Source: an uncultured Pelagibacteraceae bacterium (GTDB lineage Bacteria > Pseudomonadota > Alphaproteobacteria > Pelagibacterales > Pelagibacteraceae). Taken from it: a DNA stretch of 64,000 nucleotides. Where the stretch lies: NCBI GenBank assembly GCA_902588975.1, contig CACIRJ010000001.1, positions 85,594-149,593 of the forward strand, given 5' to 3'. The position numbers and the translations under genes are program-made. Every line of letters begins with the position of its first letter. Position 1 is the first letter of the stretch. Of the stretch, positions 1-10,573 are shown in pieces. The notes below the pieces were generated by a model. It searched no databases. It saw only the letters and a program-made list of their open reading frames with translations, and was not told the DNA's origin.

Positions 1-590
1 ATATTTAAAGTCCAAAATTCTTTTGGTTTAAAAACTTCTATTTCCTGTTCTCGTTCGGTTAAAAGTCTTAGAGCTACAGACTGAACTCGACCAGCAGATT
101 TAGAACCTGGTAATTTTGTCCATAGAATAGGGGAGATATTAAAACCCACTAGATAATCTAGAGCTCTTCTTGCCATATAAGCATCAACTAAATGTGGCTC
201 TATTTTTCTTGGATTATCTATTCCATTTGTTACTGCTTTTTTTGTTATTTCGTTGAAAACAACTCTTTCAACTTCTTTATCTTTTAATAATTTTTTTTCT
301 TCAAGAAACTCTTTTACATGCCAAGCTATTGCTTCACCTTCTCTGTCAGGGTCAGTAGCTAGAATAATTTTTTTTGAATCTTTAGCACTATCTGTAATTT
401 CTTTTAAATATTTTTTTGAAAAACTATCTACTTCCCAAATCATTTTAAAATTATTTTCAGGATCAACAGAACCATTTTTCGACGGCAGATCTCTTATATG
501 TCCATAGCTTGCAAGAACCGTATAATCTGATCCCAAATATTTATTAATTGTTTTTGCTTTTGCTGGACTTTCAACGATTACTAGATTCAT
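1..590 (-). CDS. topA: DNA topoisomerase I (5' part; runs off window start)
   Basis: Not in ORF track; manual translation from ATG at 590 gives MNLVIVESPAKAKTINKYLG...ASYGHIRDL...ATDPDREGEAIAWH (TOPRIM motifs). Confidence 0.96.
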   Translation of the reverse strand, partial: MNLVIVESPAKAKTINKYLGSDYTVLASYGHIRDLPSKNGSVDPENNFKMIWEVDSFSKKYLKEITDSAKDSKKIILATDPDREGEAIAWHVKEFLEEKKLLKDKEVERVVFNEITKKAVTNGIDNPRKIEPHLVDAYMARRALDYLVGFNISPILWTKLPGSKSAGRVQSVALRLLTEREQEIEVFKPKEFWTLN

Positions 591-598
591 ATTTAGAG

Positions 599-626
599 AA
601 CGTACTTAAAACAGTTAAACTGTCAA
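599..626 (-). promoter_or_regulatory. Candidate sigma70 promoter for topA
   Basis: TTGACA-16nt-TACGTT on minus strand, -10 box ends 8 nt before ATG. Confidence 0.45.
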
Positions 627-630
627 ATTA

Positions 631-1203
631 TTAAATTTTTGTCTTAGTTTCTTCTTTATTTATCAAGCGTTTAACGTTTTCTCTATGAGTGTAAAAAATT
701 AAAATAAACATTATGAAGTAAAACATAATGTTATCATTGCTATAAAAAAATATAAAAATAGGAACACTTAATGATCCAAGAATTGATCCTAATGATGAGT
801 ATTTAGATATTAAATATGTAATTACCCAAACAATACCAAAAACAATACCCAAAAAATAATTTAAAATAATCAACATTCCAACATATGTTGCAACACCTTT
901 ACCACCTTTAAATTTTAACCATATTGGAAAAACATGTCCTAAAAAAACAGATAATGAACAAATGTAAATAAATTCTGTATAATTTAATTTAACATAAATT
1001 ATTGGCAAAACCGCTTTTAAAATGTCTAGTAATAAAGTTGAGTAACCTAAAAATTTATTACCAGTTCTTAAAACATTGGTGGCGCCTATATTACCCGATC
1101 CTGTTTCTCTTATGTCTTTTTTTAAAAAAATTTTTGTTAATAAAAAACCAAAAGGAATAGAACCTAATAAATATGATAAAAGTGATAAAATAAAAATTTC
1201 CAT
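631..1203 (-). CDS. plsY: Glycerol-3-phosphate acyltransferase PlsY
   Basis: YLLGSIPFG, GSGNIGATN, GHVFP, FKGGKGVAT, HRENV motifs. Confidence 0.95.
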   Translation of the reverse strand: MEIFILSLLSYLLGSIPFGFLLTKIFLKKDIRETGSGNIGATNVLRTGNKFLGYSTLLLDILKAVLPIIYVKLNYTEFIYICSLSVFLGHVFPIWLKFKGGKGVATYVGMLIILNYFLGIVFGIVWVITYLISKYSSLGSILGSLSVPIFIFFYSNDNIMFYFIMFILIFYTHRENVKRLINKEETKTKI

Positions 1204-2493
1204 TTAAATATTGTAAAGCTCTTGTCCTTTTACGTATGTATTGGTTACTTTTCCTTGTAATCTTTTATTTTCAATTGAAGTATTTTTCGATTTAGAAACC
1301 AAATTTTCTTGCTTTACTATCCAAGGTTTATTTATATCCACAATACAGAAATCTGCATCATTACCTACAGATAAATTACCTTTATTAATTTTCAAAATTT
1401 TTGCTGGATTTGAGGTTAATGCAGCAATAATTTTTTCAAGTTTTACAGATCCATTGTGATATAATTCTAATGATAAGGATAATAGCGTTTCTATACCAGT
1501 TGCCCCTGTTGCAGCTTGAGCAAATGTTAATCTTTTTTGCTCTTCATCTTCAGGTTTGTGATCTGAAACTATAACATCTATTGTTCCATCATTTAACCCT
1601 TGAACTAAACTTAATCTATCGTCTTCAGTTCTAAGTGGTGGTGACAATTTCAAAAAAGTTCTAAAATCACCAATGTCATTTTCATTTAAAGATAAATTAT
1701 TTATTGATACCCCGCAGGAAAATTTTACTTTTTCTTTTCTATCTTTAATAATATCAACTGCTTTTCCTGATGAAATTTGAGAAATATGATAACGACAGTT
1801 AAATTCTTCTAATAATGTTAAATCTCTCTCTATAATAACTAATTCTGCTATTTCTGGGATACCTTGTAACCCAAGTTTTGTCGAAATTATTCCATCATTT
1901 ATCATGCCATTTTCAGCTAATTCTTGATCTTCTGCATGTTGCATTATTAAAGATCCCAAATCTTTTGCTGAATTCATTATCCTGGACATAACTCTTGTAT
2001 TCTGAATTGTTCTAATTCCATCTGTAAATGCTATTATCCCTTTACTTTGTAAAAGGCCAAACTCTGTCATATTTGTACCTTCTGTACCCTTTGTTAGAGA
2101 TGCTGTAGGAAATATATTTATTTTTGATTTATCTCTGCCTCGTCTTTTTAAAAAATCTACTATTGAAACATTGTCTATTATTGGATCTGTATTAGGCATT
2201 GTTACAACTGATGTTACACCCCCAGATAATGCAGCGTTACTCAATGTTCTAAAATTTTCTTTATATTCATAACCTGGTTCACCTACAAATACCCTCATAT
2301 CAACTATACCTGGGAAAATATAATTCTCCTTTAAATCAATAACTTTTTCTCTACTTGGAATGTTGTTTTTATTAACCTTTTTGCCAACTCCTTCAATTTT
2401 TCCATCTTCTCCTATAATTAATCCTCCTATTTCACTTATGTCGTTATGTGGATCAATTATATTTGCGTTAATAAAGTATTTTTTTTTCATCAT
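1204..2493 (-). CDS. pyrC: Dihydroorotase-family protein (PyrC-like, first metal motif degenerate)
   Basis: Amidohydrolase motifs [22 protein letters not shown]; directly downstream of pyrB; HxH replaced by RxF. Confidence 0.85.
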   Translation of the reverse strand: MMKKKYFINANIIDPHNDISEIGGLIIGEDGKIEGVGKKVNKNNIPSREKVIDLKENYIFPGIVDMRVFVGEPGYEYKENFRTLSNAALSGGVTSVVTMPNTDPIIDNVSIVDFLKRRGRDKSKINIFPTASLTKGTEGTNMTEFGLLQSKGIIAFTDGIRTIQNTRVMSRIMNSAKDLGSLIMQHAEDQELAENGMINDGIISTKLGLQGIPEIAELVIIERDLTLLEEFNCRYHISQISSGKAVDIIKDRKEKVKFSCGVSINNLSLNENDIGDFRTFLKLSPPLRTEDDRLSLVQGLNDGTIDVIVSDHKPEDEEQKRLTFAQAATGATGIETLLSLSLELYHNGSVKLEKIIAALTSNPAKILKINKGNLSVGNDADFCIVDINKPWIVKQENLVSKSKNTSIENKRLQGKVTNTYVKGQELYNI

Positions 2494-3428
2494 TCACAAA
2501 AAATTTTTAAACATGCCATTCTTATTGCAACACCTAATTCAACTTGTTCTTTTACAACACTCATATTAGTGTCATCAGCTAATTTTGTATCAATTTCAAT
2601 ACCGCGGTTCATTGGACCAGGATGCATTATTATCGAGTCTGATTTTGCATGTTCTAGTTTATCCTGTGTTAGCCCATAGTATTCATAATACTCTCTATTA
2701 GATGATAAAAATGAACTGCTCATTCTTTCATTTTGAAGTCTAAGCATCATTACTATGTCGCAATCTTTTACACCTTTCTTCATATTTGAAAAAATATTAA
2801 CTCCAAATTTTTCTATATCTTTTGGCAAAAGGTTTGAAGGAGCTACAATATTAACTTCGGCACCCAACATGTTTAGCAAGTAAATATTAGATCTTGCTAC
2901 TCTTGAATGTAGAATATCTCCACAAATTGCAACCTTTAATCCTTGAATTTTTTTTTTCCTATTCAATATAGTTAATGCATCAAGTAATGCTTGGGTAGGG
3001 TGCTCTCTCCTTCCATCACCAGCATTTAAAACAGCACAATTAACTTTTTGAGATAAAAGATTACAAGCTCCTGAATCTTGATGTCTAATAACTATTATAT
3101 CAGGATGCATTGCATTTAATGTCATTGCAGTGTCTATTAGCGTTTCACCTTTTTTAATTGCTGAGTTTGTTATATTCATTGACATAACATCTGCACCCAA
3201 TCTTTTTCCTGCTAGTTCAAAGGAGCTTTGTGTTCTTGTTGATGGTTCAAAAAAAAGGTTAATTTGTGTTTTTCCCTTAAGTAAATCTAATTTTTTATTT
3301 TTACTTTTGTTTAATTCAATAAATTTTTCAGCTTCTTTTAAGATTAAATTAACATCATTTATTGATAAATCTTGAATACCTAGGAGATGTTTTTGAGAAA
3401 TTTTAATAGCTTTGGTTTTAGTTGCCAT
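2490..3428 (-). CDS. pyrB: Aspartate carbamoyltransferase catalytic subunit
   Basis: [20 protein letters not shown] motifs; ATG at 3428 preferred over upstream GTG. Confidence 0.97.
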   Translation of the reverse strand: MATKTKAIKISQKHLLGIQDLSINDVNLILKEAEKFIELNKSKNKKLDLLKGKTQINLFFEPSTRTQSSFELAGKRLGADVMSMNITNSAIKKGETLIDTAMTLNAMHPDIIVIRHQDSGACNLLSQKVNCAVLNAGDGRREHPTQALLDALTILNRKKKIQGLKVAICGDILHSRVARSNIYLLNMLGAEVNIVAPSNLLPKDIEKFGVNIFSNMKKGVKDCDIVMMLRLQNERMSSSFLSSNREYYEYYGLTQDKLEHAKSDSIIMHPGPMNRGIEIDTKLADDTNMSVVKEQVELGVAIRMACLKIFCE

Positions 3429-3438
3429 TAAAACCAAC

Positions 3439-3467
3439 TCTATAGCCACAAAGGTTGATTAATGCAA
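3439..3467 (-). promoter_or_regulatory. Candidate sigma70 promoter for pyrB operon
   Basis: TTGCAT-17nt-TATAGA on minus strand in the ruvX-pyrB spacer. Confidence 0.4.
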
Positions 3468-3470
3468 GTA

Positions 3471-3926
3471 TTAATTATTAATAAAATCTATGGCACCCTG
3501 TAAGATAAATGCAGCAGCATTTTTATCTATATTTTTTTCTCTTTTAGTTACGTTAATACCTAAATTTTTAGTTAATTTAAACGCCCCAACTGTTGATAAT
3601 CTTTCATCCCAAAGACTTATTGGAAGATCAATTTCTTTTGATATTGCTTTTGACACATCATTGACTGATTGAGAAGATTTACCAAAGGTTCCGTCCATAT
3701 TTATTGGATTACCAATAATTATTCCTTTAATATTATTTTCTTTAATAATATCCTCTAATTCATTGATAAGATCCTCAAATTTAGATTTGTTTATTGTTTT
3801 AAGCGGTGTGGCAATTTTTTGATTTTCATCACATATAGCTATACCAATTCTCTTTGAACCTAAATCAAGACCAATTAATCTAGATGTATTTAGCTGTTTC
3901 TTTTTAAATTCCTCAATTGTGATCAT
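3471..3926 (-). CDS. ruvX: Holliday junction resolvase-like RuvX/YqgF
   Basis: GLDLGSKRIGIA, WDERLST, AAAFILQ. Confidence 0.92.
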   Translation of the reverse strand: MITIEEFKKKQLNTSRLIGLDLGSKRIGIAICDENQKIATPLKTINKSKFEDLINELEDIIKENNIKGIIIGNPINMDGTFGKSSQSVNDVSKAISKEIDLPISLWDERLSTVGAFKLTKNLGINVTKREKNIDKNAAAFILQGAIDFINN

Positions 3927-3975
3927 ATTGTATATTATTTACTTAAGTGATAGTTTGCGGCAATATTTTTACCAT

Positions 3976-4263
3976 ATGAGTATAGATCTTAAAACAGTAA
4001 AGCACATTTCGAAATTAGCAAGAATTTCTATTGATGATGAAAAAGCTAACAAATTAAAGGGCGACTTAAATAATATATTTGAATTTATAGAAAAATTAAA
4101 TGAATTAAATACTGATAATGTTCAAGCTTTAACATCAATTGCTGAGACTACTCTAAGATTTAGAAAAGATGAAATAAAATCAGAAAATATCAGAGAAAAA
4201 ATTTTAAAAAACTCACCTGAAGAAAATAAAGATTTTTTTGTTGTACCAAAGGTTGTTGAATAA
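3976..4263 (+). CDS. gatC: Asp/Glu-tRNA amidotransferase subunit C
   Basis: [10 protein letters not shown]...FFVVPKVVE; ATG at 3976; precedes gatA. Confidence 0.94.
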   Translation: MSIDLKTVKHISKLARISIDDEKANKLKGDLNNIFEFIEKLNELNTDNVQALTSIAETTLRFRKDEIKSENIREKILKNSPEENKDFFVVPKVVE

Positions 4264-5723
4264 TGTCAGATATAACAAGTCAAAGTTTATTCGAATTAAC
4301 ATCGAATATAAAAGAAAAAAAACTATCGTCAGAGGAAATTACTAAAGCATTTATAAGTCGTGCTGAAAAATCAAAAAAATTAAATGTTTATGTTACGGAT
4401 AATTTTGAGAAAGCAATAGATCAATCAAAGAAATTTGATTCTAATCCCAACTTAGACTCTAAACTACCAGGTATTCCTATTGCTGTTAAAGATTTATTTT
4501 GTACAAATGGAGTTAGAACAACGGCAGGTAGCAAAATATTAAATAACTTCGTTCCCACATATGAGTCTACAGTTACTCAAAATTTATGGAGTCAAGGAGC
4601 AATACTTCTTGGTAAACTTAATTGTGATGAATTTGCTATGGGCTCTTCAAATGAAACTAGTTTTTTTGGAAATGTTCAAAATCCAGTAGGAGAAAATTTA
4701 GTTCCTGGTGGATCTTCAGGAGGTTCTTCTGCAGCTGTTGCTGCAAATTTAACTCCAGTTACCATTGGAACAGATACAGGTGGATCTATTCGTCAACCAG
4801 CATCATTTACAGGAACTGTTGGACTTAAACCTACATATGGAAGTTGTTCTCGTTATGGAATTGTAGCATTTGCTTCATCTTTAGATCAAGCAGGACCTAT
4901 GACGAAAAATGTAAGAGACTGTTCTATGCTTTTAGAGGTGATCTCTTCATTTGATCAAAAAGATTCAACTTCAATTGATTACAAAAGAAATTATTATTCA
5001 AAAGAATTATCAAAAGATATTAAAGGAAAGAAAATTGGTATTCCTAAAGAATATAGAGTTGACAATATGCCTGACGAAATTGAACAGCTATGGAAAAATG
5101 GTATCTCATATGCAAAAGATTGCGGAGCAGAAATTATCGATATTTCGCTTCCACATACTAATTACGCATTACCAACTTATTATATAGTTGCACCAGCTGA
5201 GGCATCTTCAAATCTAGCTAGATATGATGGTGTTAAATATGGATTTAGATCTCCTGGTCAAAATTTAATAGAAATGTACGAAAAAACTAGATCTGAAGGT
5301 TTTGGTGATGAAGTTAAAAGAAGAATTATGATTGGAACTTATGTTTTATCTTCTGGATACTATGATGCCTATTATCTAAAAGCGCAGAAGGTAAGACAAT
5401 TAATAAAAAAAGATTTTGATGATGCCTTTTCTAAAGTTGATGCAATTTTAACTCCATCTACTCCAAGCTCAGCATTTAAAATCGGTGAAAAAACAAATGA
5501 TCCAGTATCAATGTATTTAAATGATATATTTACAGTTCCAATAAATCTAGCAGGCTTACCAGGTATTTCTATCCCAGCTGGTAAAGATAAAAATAATTAT
5601 CCTTTAGGCCTTCAAGTAATTGGAAAACCTTTTGATGAGCAAAATATACTTAATATTTCTTATGCATTAGAAGATAAGATTAATTTTAAAAATGATATTT
5701 CAGACTGGTGGTTAAGTGAGTAA
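4263..5723 (+). CDS. gatA: Asp/Glu-tRNA amidotransferase subunit A
   Basis: Amidase signature [29 protein letters not shown]. Confidence 0.97.
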   Translation: MSDITSQSLFELTSNIKEKKLSSEEITKAFISRAEKSKKLNVYVTDNFEKAIDQSKKFDSNPNLDSKLPGIPIAVKDLFCTNGVRTTAGSKILNNFVPTYESTVTQNLWSQGAILLGKLNCDEFAMGSSNETSFFGNVQNPVGENLVPGGSSGGSSAAVAANLTPVTIGTDTGGSIRQPASFTGTVGLKPTYGSCSRYGIVAFASSLDQAGPMTKNVRDCSMLLEVISSFDQKDSTSIDYKRNYYSKELSKDIKGKKIGIPKEYRVDNMPDEIEQLWKNGISYAKDCGAEIIDISLPHTNYALPTYYIVAPAEASSNLARYDGVKYGFRSPGQNLIEMYEKTRSEGFGDEVKRRIMIGTYVLSSGYYDAYYLKAQKVRQLIKKDFDDAFSKVDAILTPSTPSSAFKIGEKTNDPVSMYLNDIFTVPINLAGLPGISIPAGKDKNNYPLGLQVIGKPFDEQNILNISYALEDKINFKNDISDWWLSE

Positions 5724-7182
5724 AAATAGTGAATATCTTATTGAAAGAGAAAATAAACAATATGAAGTGATAATTGGTTTAGAAGTGCACGCTCAAGTTA
5801 CTTCGGAGTCTAAACTTTTCTCTCAATCATCAACAAAATTTGGTGCAGAACCAAACACACAAGTTAGTCTCGTAGATGCAGCATTTCCAGGAATGTTACC
5901 AGTTATAAATGAATTTTGTATTGAACAAGCAATTAAAACTGGAATAGGACTTAAAGCTAAAATAAATAAAAAATCTGTCTTTGATAGAAAAAATTATTTT
6001 TATGCAGATTTACCTCAAGGATATCAAATCTCTCAATACAAATATCCAATTGTCGGTGAAGGAAAAGTAATTTTGGATATGCCAAATGGTCAAAAAGAAA
6101 TTGGAATTGAAAGATTACACTTAGAGCAAGATGCAGGTAAAAGTATTCATGATATTGATCCAAATAATACATTAGTCGATTTAAATAGATCTGGAGTGGC
6201 TTTAATGGAAATAGTAAGCAAACCTGATTTGAGATCTCCAGATGAAGTCAACGTTTATATAAAAAAATTAAGATCAATAATGAGATATTTAGGAACATGT
6301 GATGGCAATATGCAAGAAGGCTCTTTGAGAGCAGATGTTAATGTATCAGTAAGATTAAAAGGGGAGACTGAGTTCGGCACTAGGTGTGAAATTAAAAATG
6401 TTAATTCTATAAAATTTATGCAAATGGCAATAATATCCGAAGCAAATAGACAAATAGATTTGTTAGAGGAGGGGAAAGAAATAGATCAAGAGACAAGACT
6501 TTTTGACACTAAAAGAAATGAGACAAGATCTATGAGATCAAAAGAAGACGCGCATGATTACAGATATTTTCCTGACCCAGATCTATTACCGCTTGAAATA
6601 AGCCAAGAACTAATTGAAAAAATAAAATCAGATATACCTGAATTACCAGATGAAAAGAAAAAAAGGTTTATAGATAAATTTAATCTTTCACCATATGAAG
6701 CAACAATTTTGGTATCTGACATTGAAACATCAAATTTCTTTGAAGAAGTTATAAAAAATTCAGATGTTAAATTAGCAACAAACTGGATTACAGGTGAATT
6801 ATTTGCAGTTTTAAATGAAAAAAATTTAGAAATATCTCAAAGCCCAGTTAGTGCTAAAAATCTATCAAAACTTATTAATCTTATAAAAGATGGAACCATA
6901 TCAGGAAAAATAGCTAAAACAGTTTTTGAACAAATGATAGATGGAGATCAAGATCCATTAATAATAGTAAAAGAAAAAGGTTTAAAACAAGAAAGCGATC
7001 CAAAAGCGATTGAGGAATTGATAAATAAAGTTATTGAAAATAATTCAGATAAGGTTGCTGAATATAAATCTGGTAAAGATAAATTATTTGGCTTTTTTGT
7101 TGGTCAAGCCATGAAAGAAAGTAAAGGAAAAGGCAATCCACAATTAATAAACAAAATATTAAAAGAAAAGTTGAATGGATAA
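5716..7182 (+). CDS. gatB: Asp/Glu-tRNA amidotransferase subunit B
   Basis: [30 protein letters not shown]. Confidence 0.97.
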   Translation: MSKNSEYLIERENKQYEVIIGLEVHAQVTSESKLFSQSSTKFGAEPNTQVSLVDAAFPGMLPVINEFCIEQAIKTGIGLKAKINKKSVFDRKNYFYADLPQGYQISQYKYPIVGEGKVILDMPNGQKEIGIERLHLEQDAGKSIHDIDPNNTLVDLNRSGVALMEIVSKPDLRSPDEVNVYIKKLRSIMRYLGTCDGNMQEGSLRADVNVSVRLKGETEFGTRCEIKNVNSIKFMQMAIISEANRQIDLLEEGKEIDQETRLFDTKRNETRSMRSKEDAHDYRYFPDPDLLPLEISQELIEKIKSDIPELPDEKKKRFIDKFNLSPYEATILVSDIETSNFFEEVIKNSDVKLATNWITGELFAVLNEKNLEISQSPVSAKNLSKLINLIKDGTISGKIAKTVFEQMIDGDQDPLIIVKEKGLKQESDPKAIEELINKVIENNSDKVAEYKSGKDKLFGFFVGQAMKESKGKGNPQLINKILKEKLNG

Positions 7183-7822
7183 AAATTTCATAATTGATCA
7201 AAATATGATCAATTATATTTTTTCACATACAAATAATCTTCACAAAGTACAAAAAAAATTATTAAAATATAACGAAAAACTTGGTCATATTAAAAAATTA
7301 CAAATTTCAATTCTACAAGCTAACTTCATACAATTTATCATAAAAATTAATAACTATAAATCATATTTAGAAATTGGCACTTTTACAGGTTACAGTATTT
7401 TATCTGCTGCACTTGCTTTACCTAAGAATTGCAAATTAATTGGCATAGATAAAAATTTAAAAACTAACAATGAGGCAATTAAGTTTTTTAAAGAAGCAAA
7501 GCAAGATAAAAAAATAAATCTTATTTGTAACAATGGAAAAATTGCTCTTGAAAATTTGATTAAGAAAAAGGAAAAATATGATGTGATATTAATTGATGCA
7601 GATAAAGAAAATTATATAAATTATTTTAAACAGTCTCTTAAGTTAAAAAGTAAAAAGGGTATAATTTTAATTGATAATACACTTTGGAAAGGAGATGTTG
7701 CAAATCCAAAGATAAAAGACAAATTAACTATAAAATTAAGAGAATTTAATAAATACATAAAAAAATCATCTATTAATAAGTATATTTTACCAATTGGTGA
7801 TGGTTTTACAGTTTGTTGGTAA
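7175..7822 (+). CDS. O-methyltransferase (Methyltransf_3 / caffeoyl-CoA-OMT / TrmR-like family)
   Basis: [33 protein letters not shown]. Confidence 0.88.
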   Translation: MDKNFIIDQNMINYIFSHTNNLHKVQKKLLKYNEKLGHIKKLQISILQANFIQFIIKINNYKSYLEIGTFTGYSILSAALALPKNCKLIGIDKNLKTNNEAIKFFKEAKQDKKINLICNNGKIALENLIKKKEKYDVILIDADKENYINYFKQSLKLKSKKGIILIDNTLWKGDVANPKIKDKLTIKLREFNKYIKKSSINKYILPIGDGFTVCW

Positions 7823-7824
7823 TT

Positions 7825-8697
7825 ATGTTTGAAATCGTATCTTTTTATAAAATATCAAAACTTAATAAATTAAAAATTATTAAAAAAAATATTTTAAAAG
7901 AAACCGATAAACTTGATATTAAAGGTCTTATAATATTATCTCCTGAAGGAATTAATGGCACAATATCAGGTAGTCAAAAAAAAATTAAACTTATAATTAC
8001 AAAAATAAAAAATATTTTGTCAATTGATAAGTTTGATATTCAAAATAAAATTAATTCAAAAATATTACCATACTCAAAAAATAAAGTTAAAATAAAAAAT
8101 GAAGTGGTTCCAATTAATGAAAAAATTAATTTTAAAAATTTTTTTAATAAAAAGTATTTATCACCTAAAAAATGGGACGAATTTATATCTAAAAAAAATA
8201 TTAAACTGATCGATGCCAGAAAACCTTTTGAATATAAGATTGGTACATTTAAAAATGCGCTTAATCCAGAAACTAAAAATTTTAGAGACTTTAAAAATTA
8301 TTTATCAAAATTTAATAAAGATCAATCAATAGGGATGTTTTGCACTGGTGGTATAAGGTGTGAAAAAGCGTCTAATTATCTTAATAATAAAGGTTTTAAA
8401 AATGTTTATATGCTTAAGGGTGGTATCTTAAATTATTTTAAAAAAACTGATCCAAAAAAAAATAAATGGAATGGTGAATGTTTTGTTTTTGATAAAAGAG
8501 TTACTATTAAAAAAAACCTAGAAATTGGAAATTATACTGTTTGTGGTGGTTGTAGAATGCCATTGCATAAAAAACTAACTAAATCAAAAAAGTATAAAAT
8601 AGGCCTATCATGTCCAAATTGCTTTGATAAATTGACAAATGATCAAATAAAACGTTTCACAATGAGGCACAATCAAATGATAAATTCAAAAAAATAA
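7825..8697 (+). CDS. trhO: Rhodanese-domain tRNA uridine(34) hydroxylase (TrhO/YceA family)
   Basis: EGINGT, DAR..FEY.IGTF, FCTGGIRCEKAS, GGILNY, GECFVFD.R. Confidence 0.88.
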   Translation: MFEIVSFYKISKLNKLKIIKKNILKETDKLDIKGLIILSPEGINGTISGSQKKIKLIITKIKNILSIDKFDIQNKINSKILPYSKNKVKIKNEVVPINEKINFKNFFNKKYLSPKKWDEFISKKNIKLIDARKPFEYKIGTFKNALNPETKNFRDFKNYLSKFNKDQSIGMFCTGGIRCEKASNYLNNKGFKNVYMLKGGILNYFKKTDPKKNKWNGECFVFDKRVTIKKNLEIGNYTVCGGCRMPLHKKLTKSKKYKIGLSCPNCFDKLTNDQIKRFTMRHNQMINSKK

Positions 8698-8701
8698 TAT
8701 C

Positions 8702-10051
8702 ATGAATATATTAAGTGATGACATCAAAGAATTAATTAAAAAATTAGCAATACCTGCATCGGTAGGTACACTCTTTCAAACGTTATATAATATTGCTGAT
8801 ACATATTTTGCAGGAAAAATATCACCTGAAGCTTTGTCAGCTTTAACAAAATCTTTTCCAATTTATTTTATTATTATTGCATCATCTATTGGTATCACAG
8901 TTGCAGGTACATCACTGATAGGTAATAGCATTGGAGAAAAAAATAATAAAAATGCTTCAATTTATTTCTGCCAATTAATTTTCTTTTCTTTTTTGATAAT
9001 TCTGTTGATTACTTTTATTGGTTTAAATTATGCATCAGACCTTTTTTCAATTATGGGTTCAACTAATCAGGTAATAAATCTTGGCTTACAATATACAGAT
9101 ATCATTTTCCTTGGCTCGTTTATTTTTATTTTAGTTGTTGCATTAAATTCATTACTTCATGCAGAAGGCGATACGAAAACTTATAGAAATGCTTTAATAT
9201 TATCTTTTTTTTTAAACATATTATTAAATCCAATTTTAATATTTGGATTTTATTTCATACCAGCTTTGGGTATGAAGGGTATTGCAATAGCAACTCTAAT
9301 TGCTCAAACGGTCGCTTTTTTAATAATATTTAAAAAAGTTTTAAAAAGTAATTTATTTAAAAACATACTTATTTCTTATTTCACTCCTCAATTTTTTTTT
9401 TTAAAAAATATTTTTTTTCAATCTATGCCAATAATAATTTCAATTTGCGGTTATTCTATTGCTTCTGCTATTGTATTCAAATATGCAGGTTTATCAGGAG
9501 AATATGCAGCAGCTGGTTATGGGGCTGGTACCAAAATAGAACAAGTGGTTTTATTACCAATCTTGGGAATAAATACAGCAATTATAACAATTATTGCTCA
9601 AAATTTTGGTGCACAAAATATTTTAAGAATTAAAGAAACGTACTTCCAAGCTATAAAATATGCTTTCATTATAATGATTATTTCTTCTTTTATTATTTAT
9701 TTTGGTGCTGAAATGATAACAAAATTATTTTCAAAAGATTTAGAGGTCGTTGAATTTGGAAAATTATATTTAGAGATTTCAGCCTTTGTGCTGCCAGCTT
9801 ATCCAATATTTTTTTTATCAAATGGTTTTTTTATGGCTTTAAAAAAAGCTGAAAACGCATTAATTGCTAATATTTGCCGAAATGGAATTTTTCCATTTGT
9901 CGTATTTTATACTGCAATTTATTTTAATTCTGACTTTTCTGAATTTTTTTGGTTATGGGTAATATTCAATTGGATTTTCTCTCTGATGTATCTTGGTTAT
10001 ACTTATTTTTATTTGAATTATAAATTAGACAAAATTAGAGCTATCAACTAA
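8702..10051 (+). CDS. MATE family efflux transporter
   Basis: LYNIADTYFAG, NILLNPILIFG, G.AIAT; ~12 hydrophobic segments. Confidence 0.9.
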   Translation: MNILSDDIKELIKKLAIPASVGTLFQTLYNIADTYFAGKISPEALSALTKSFPIYFIIIASSIGITVAGTSLIGNSIGEKNNKNASIYFCQLIFFSFLIILLITFIGLNYASDLFSIMGSTNQVINLGLQYTDIIFLGSFIFILVVALNSLLHAEGDTKTYRNALILSFFLNILLNPILIFGFYFIPALGMKGIAIATLIAQTVAFLIIFKKVLKSNLFKNILISYFTPQFFFLKNIFFQSMPIIISICGYSIASAIVFKYAGLSGEYAAAGYGAGTKIEQVVLLPILGINTAIITIIAQNFGAQNILRIKETYFQAIKYAFIIMIISSFIIYFGAEMITKLFSKDLEVVEFGKLYLEISAFVLPAYPIFFLSNGFFMALKKAENALIANICRNGIFPFVVFYTAIYFNSDFSEFFWLWVIFNWIFSLMYLGYTYFYLNYKLDKIRAIN

Positions 10052-10573
10052 CCATTCATAAAGGTGTTCTGAAAACGATCTTCTTACAAATAAATTAACA
10101 TTATTCTTTGACTTGTGGTGAAGAATTACATCAATATGATTTACTATTGTTTGTGTTGATGAACCAACATTATTTTTAAATTTTTCAAAATTAAAAGGTG
10201 ATCCAGATGATAATAATTCAAATATATTTTCTCCTTTTATATTTATGCAAATTAATTGTGAAGAGATATCAGTAATTGATCCAAAATTTAAAGACGAAAT
10301 ATCTTTATAAAGTTGATCAAAAATATTTGTATTTTTATTTTCATCAAAATATATCATCCATTCATCTGGACTTAGCCACAAAACATCATAGTTTTCATTT
10401 GATGAACTTGTATTTGACTCAGAAGGTAAAATAATAGATAGAATTTTACCCACTTTGGTAAAAAATTCTTTATTTTTTCCCCTGATATTAATTTTAATTT
10501 TTTCCTCAGATAAATTAATATTGATGTTGTTTTTATTATTATTTGAAATATTTGGATGTAAGATGTTAAGCAT
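10025..10573 (-). CDS. soxG: Sarcosine oxidase subunit gamma
   Basis: WLSPDEW, VRRSFSEHL; last gene of the soxBDAG cluster. Confidence 0.88.
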   Translation of the reverse strand: MLNILHPNISNNNKNNININLSEEKIKINIRGKNKEFFTKVGKILSIILPSESNTSSSNENYDVLWLSPDEWMIYFDENKNTNIFDQLYKDISSLNFGSITDISSQLICINIKGENIFELLSSGSPFNFEKFKNNVGSSTQTIVNHIDVILHHKSKNNVNLFVRRSFSEHLYEWLVDSSNFV

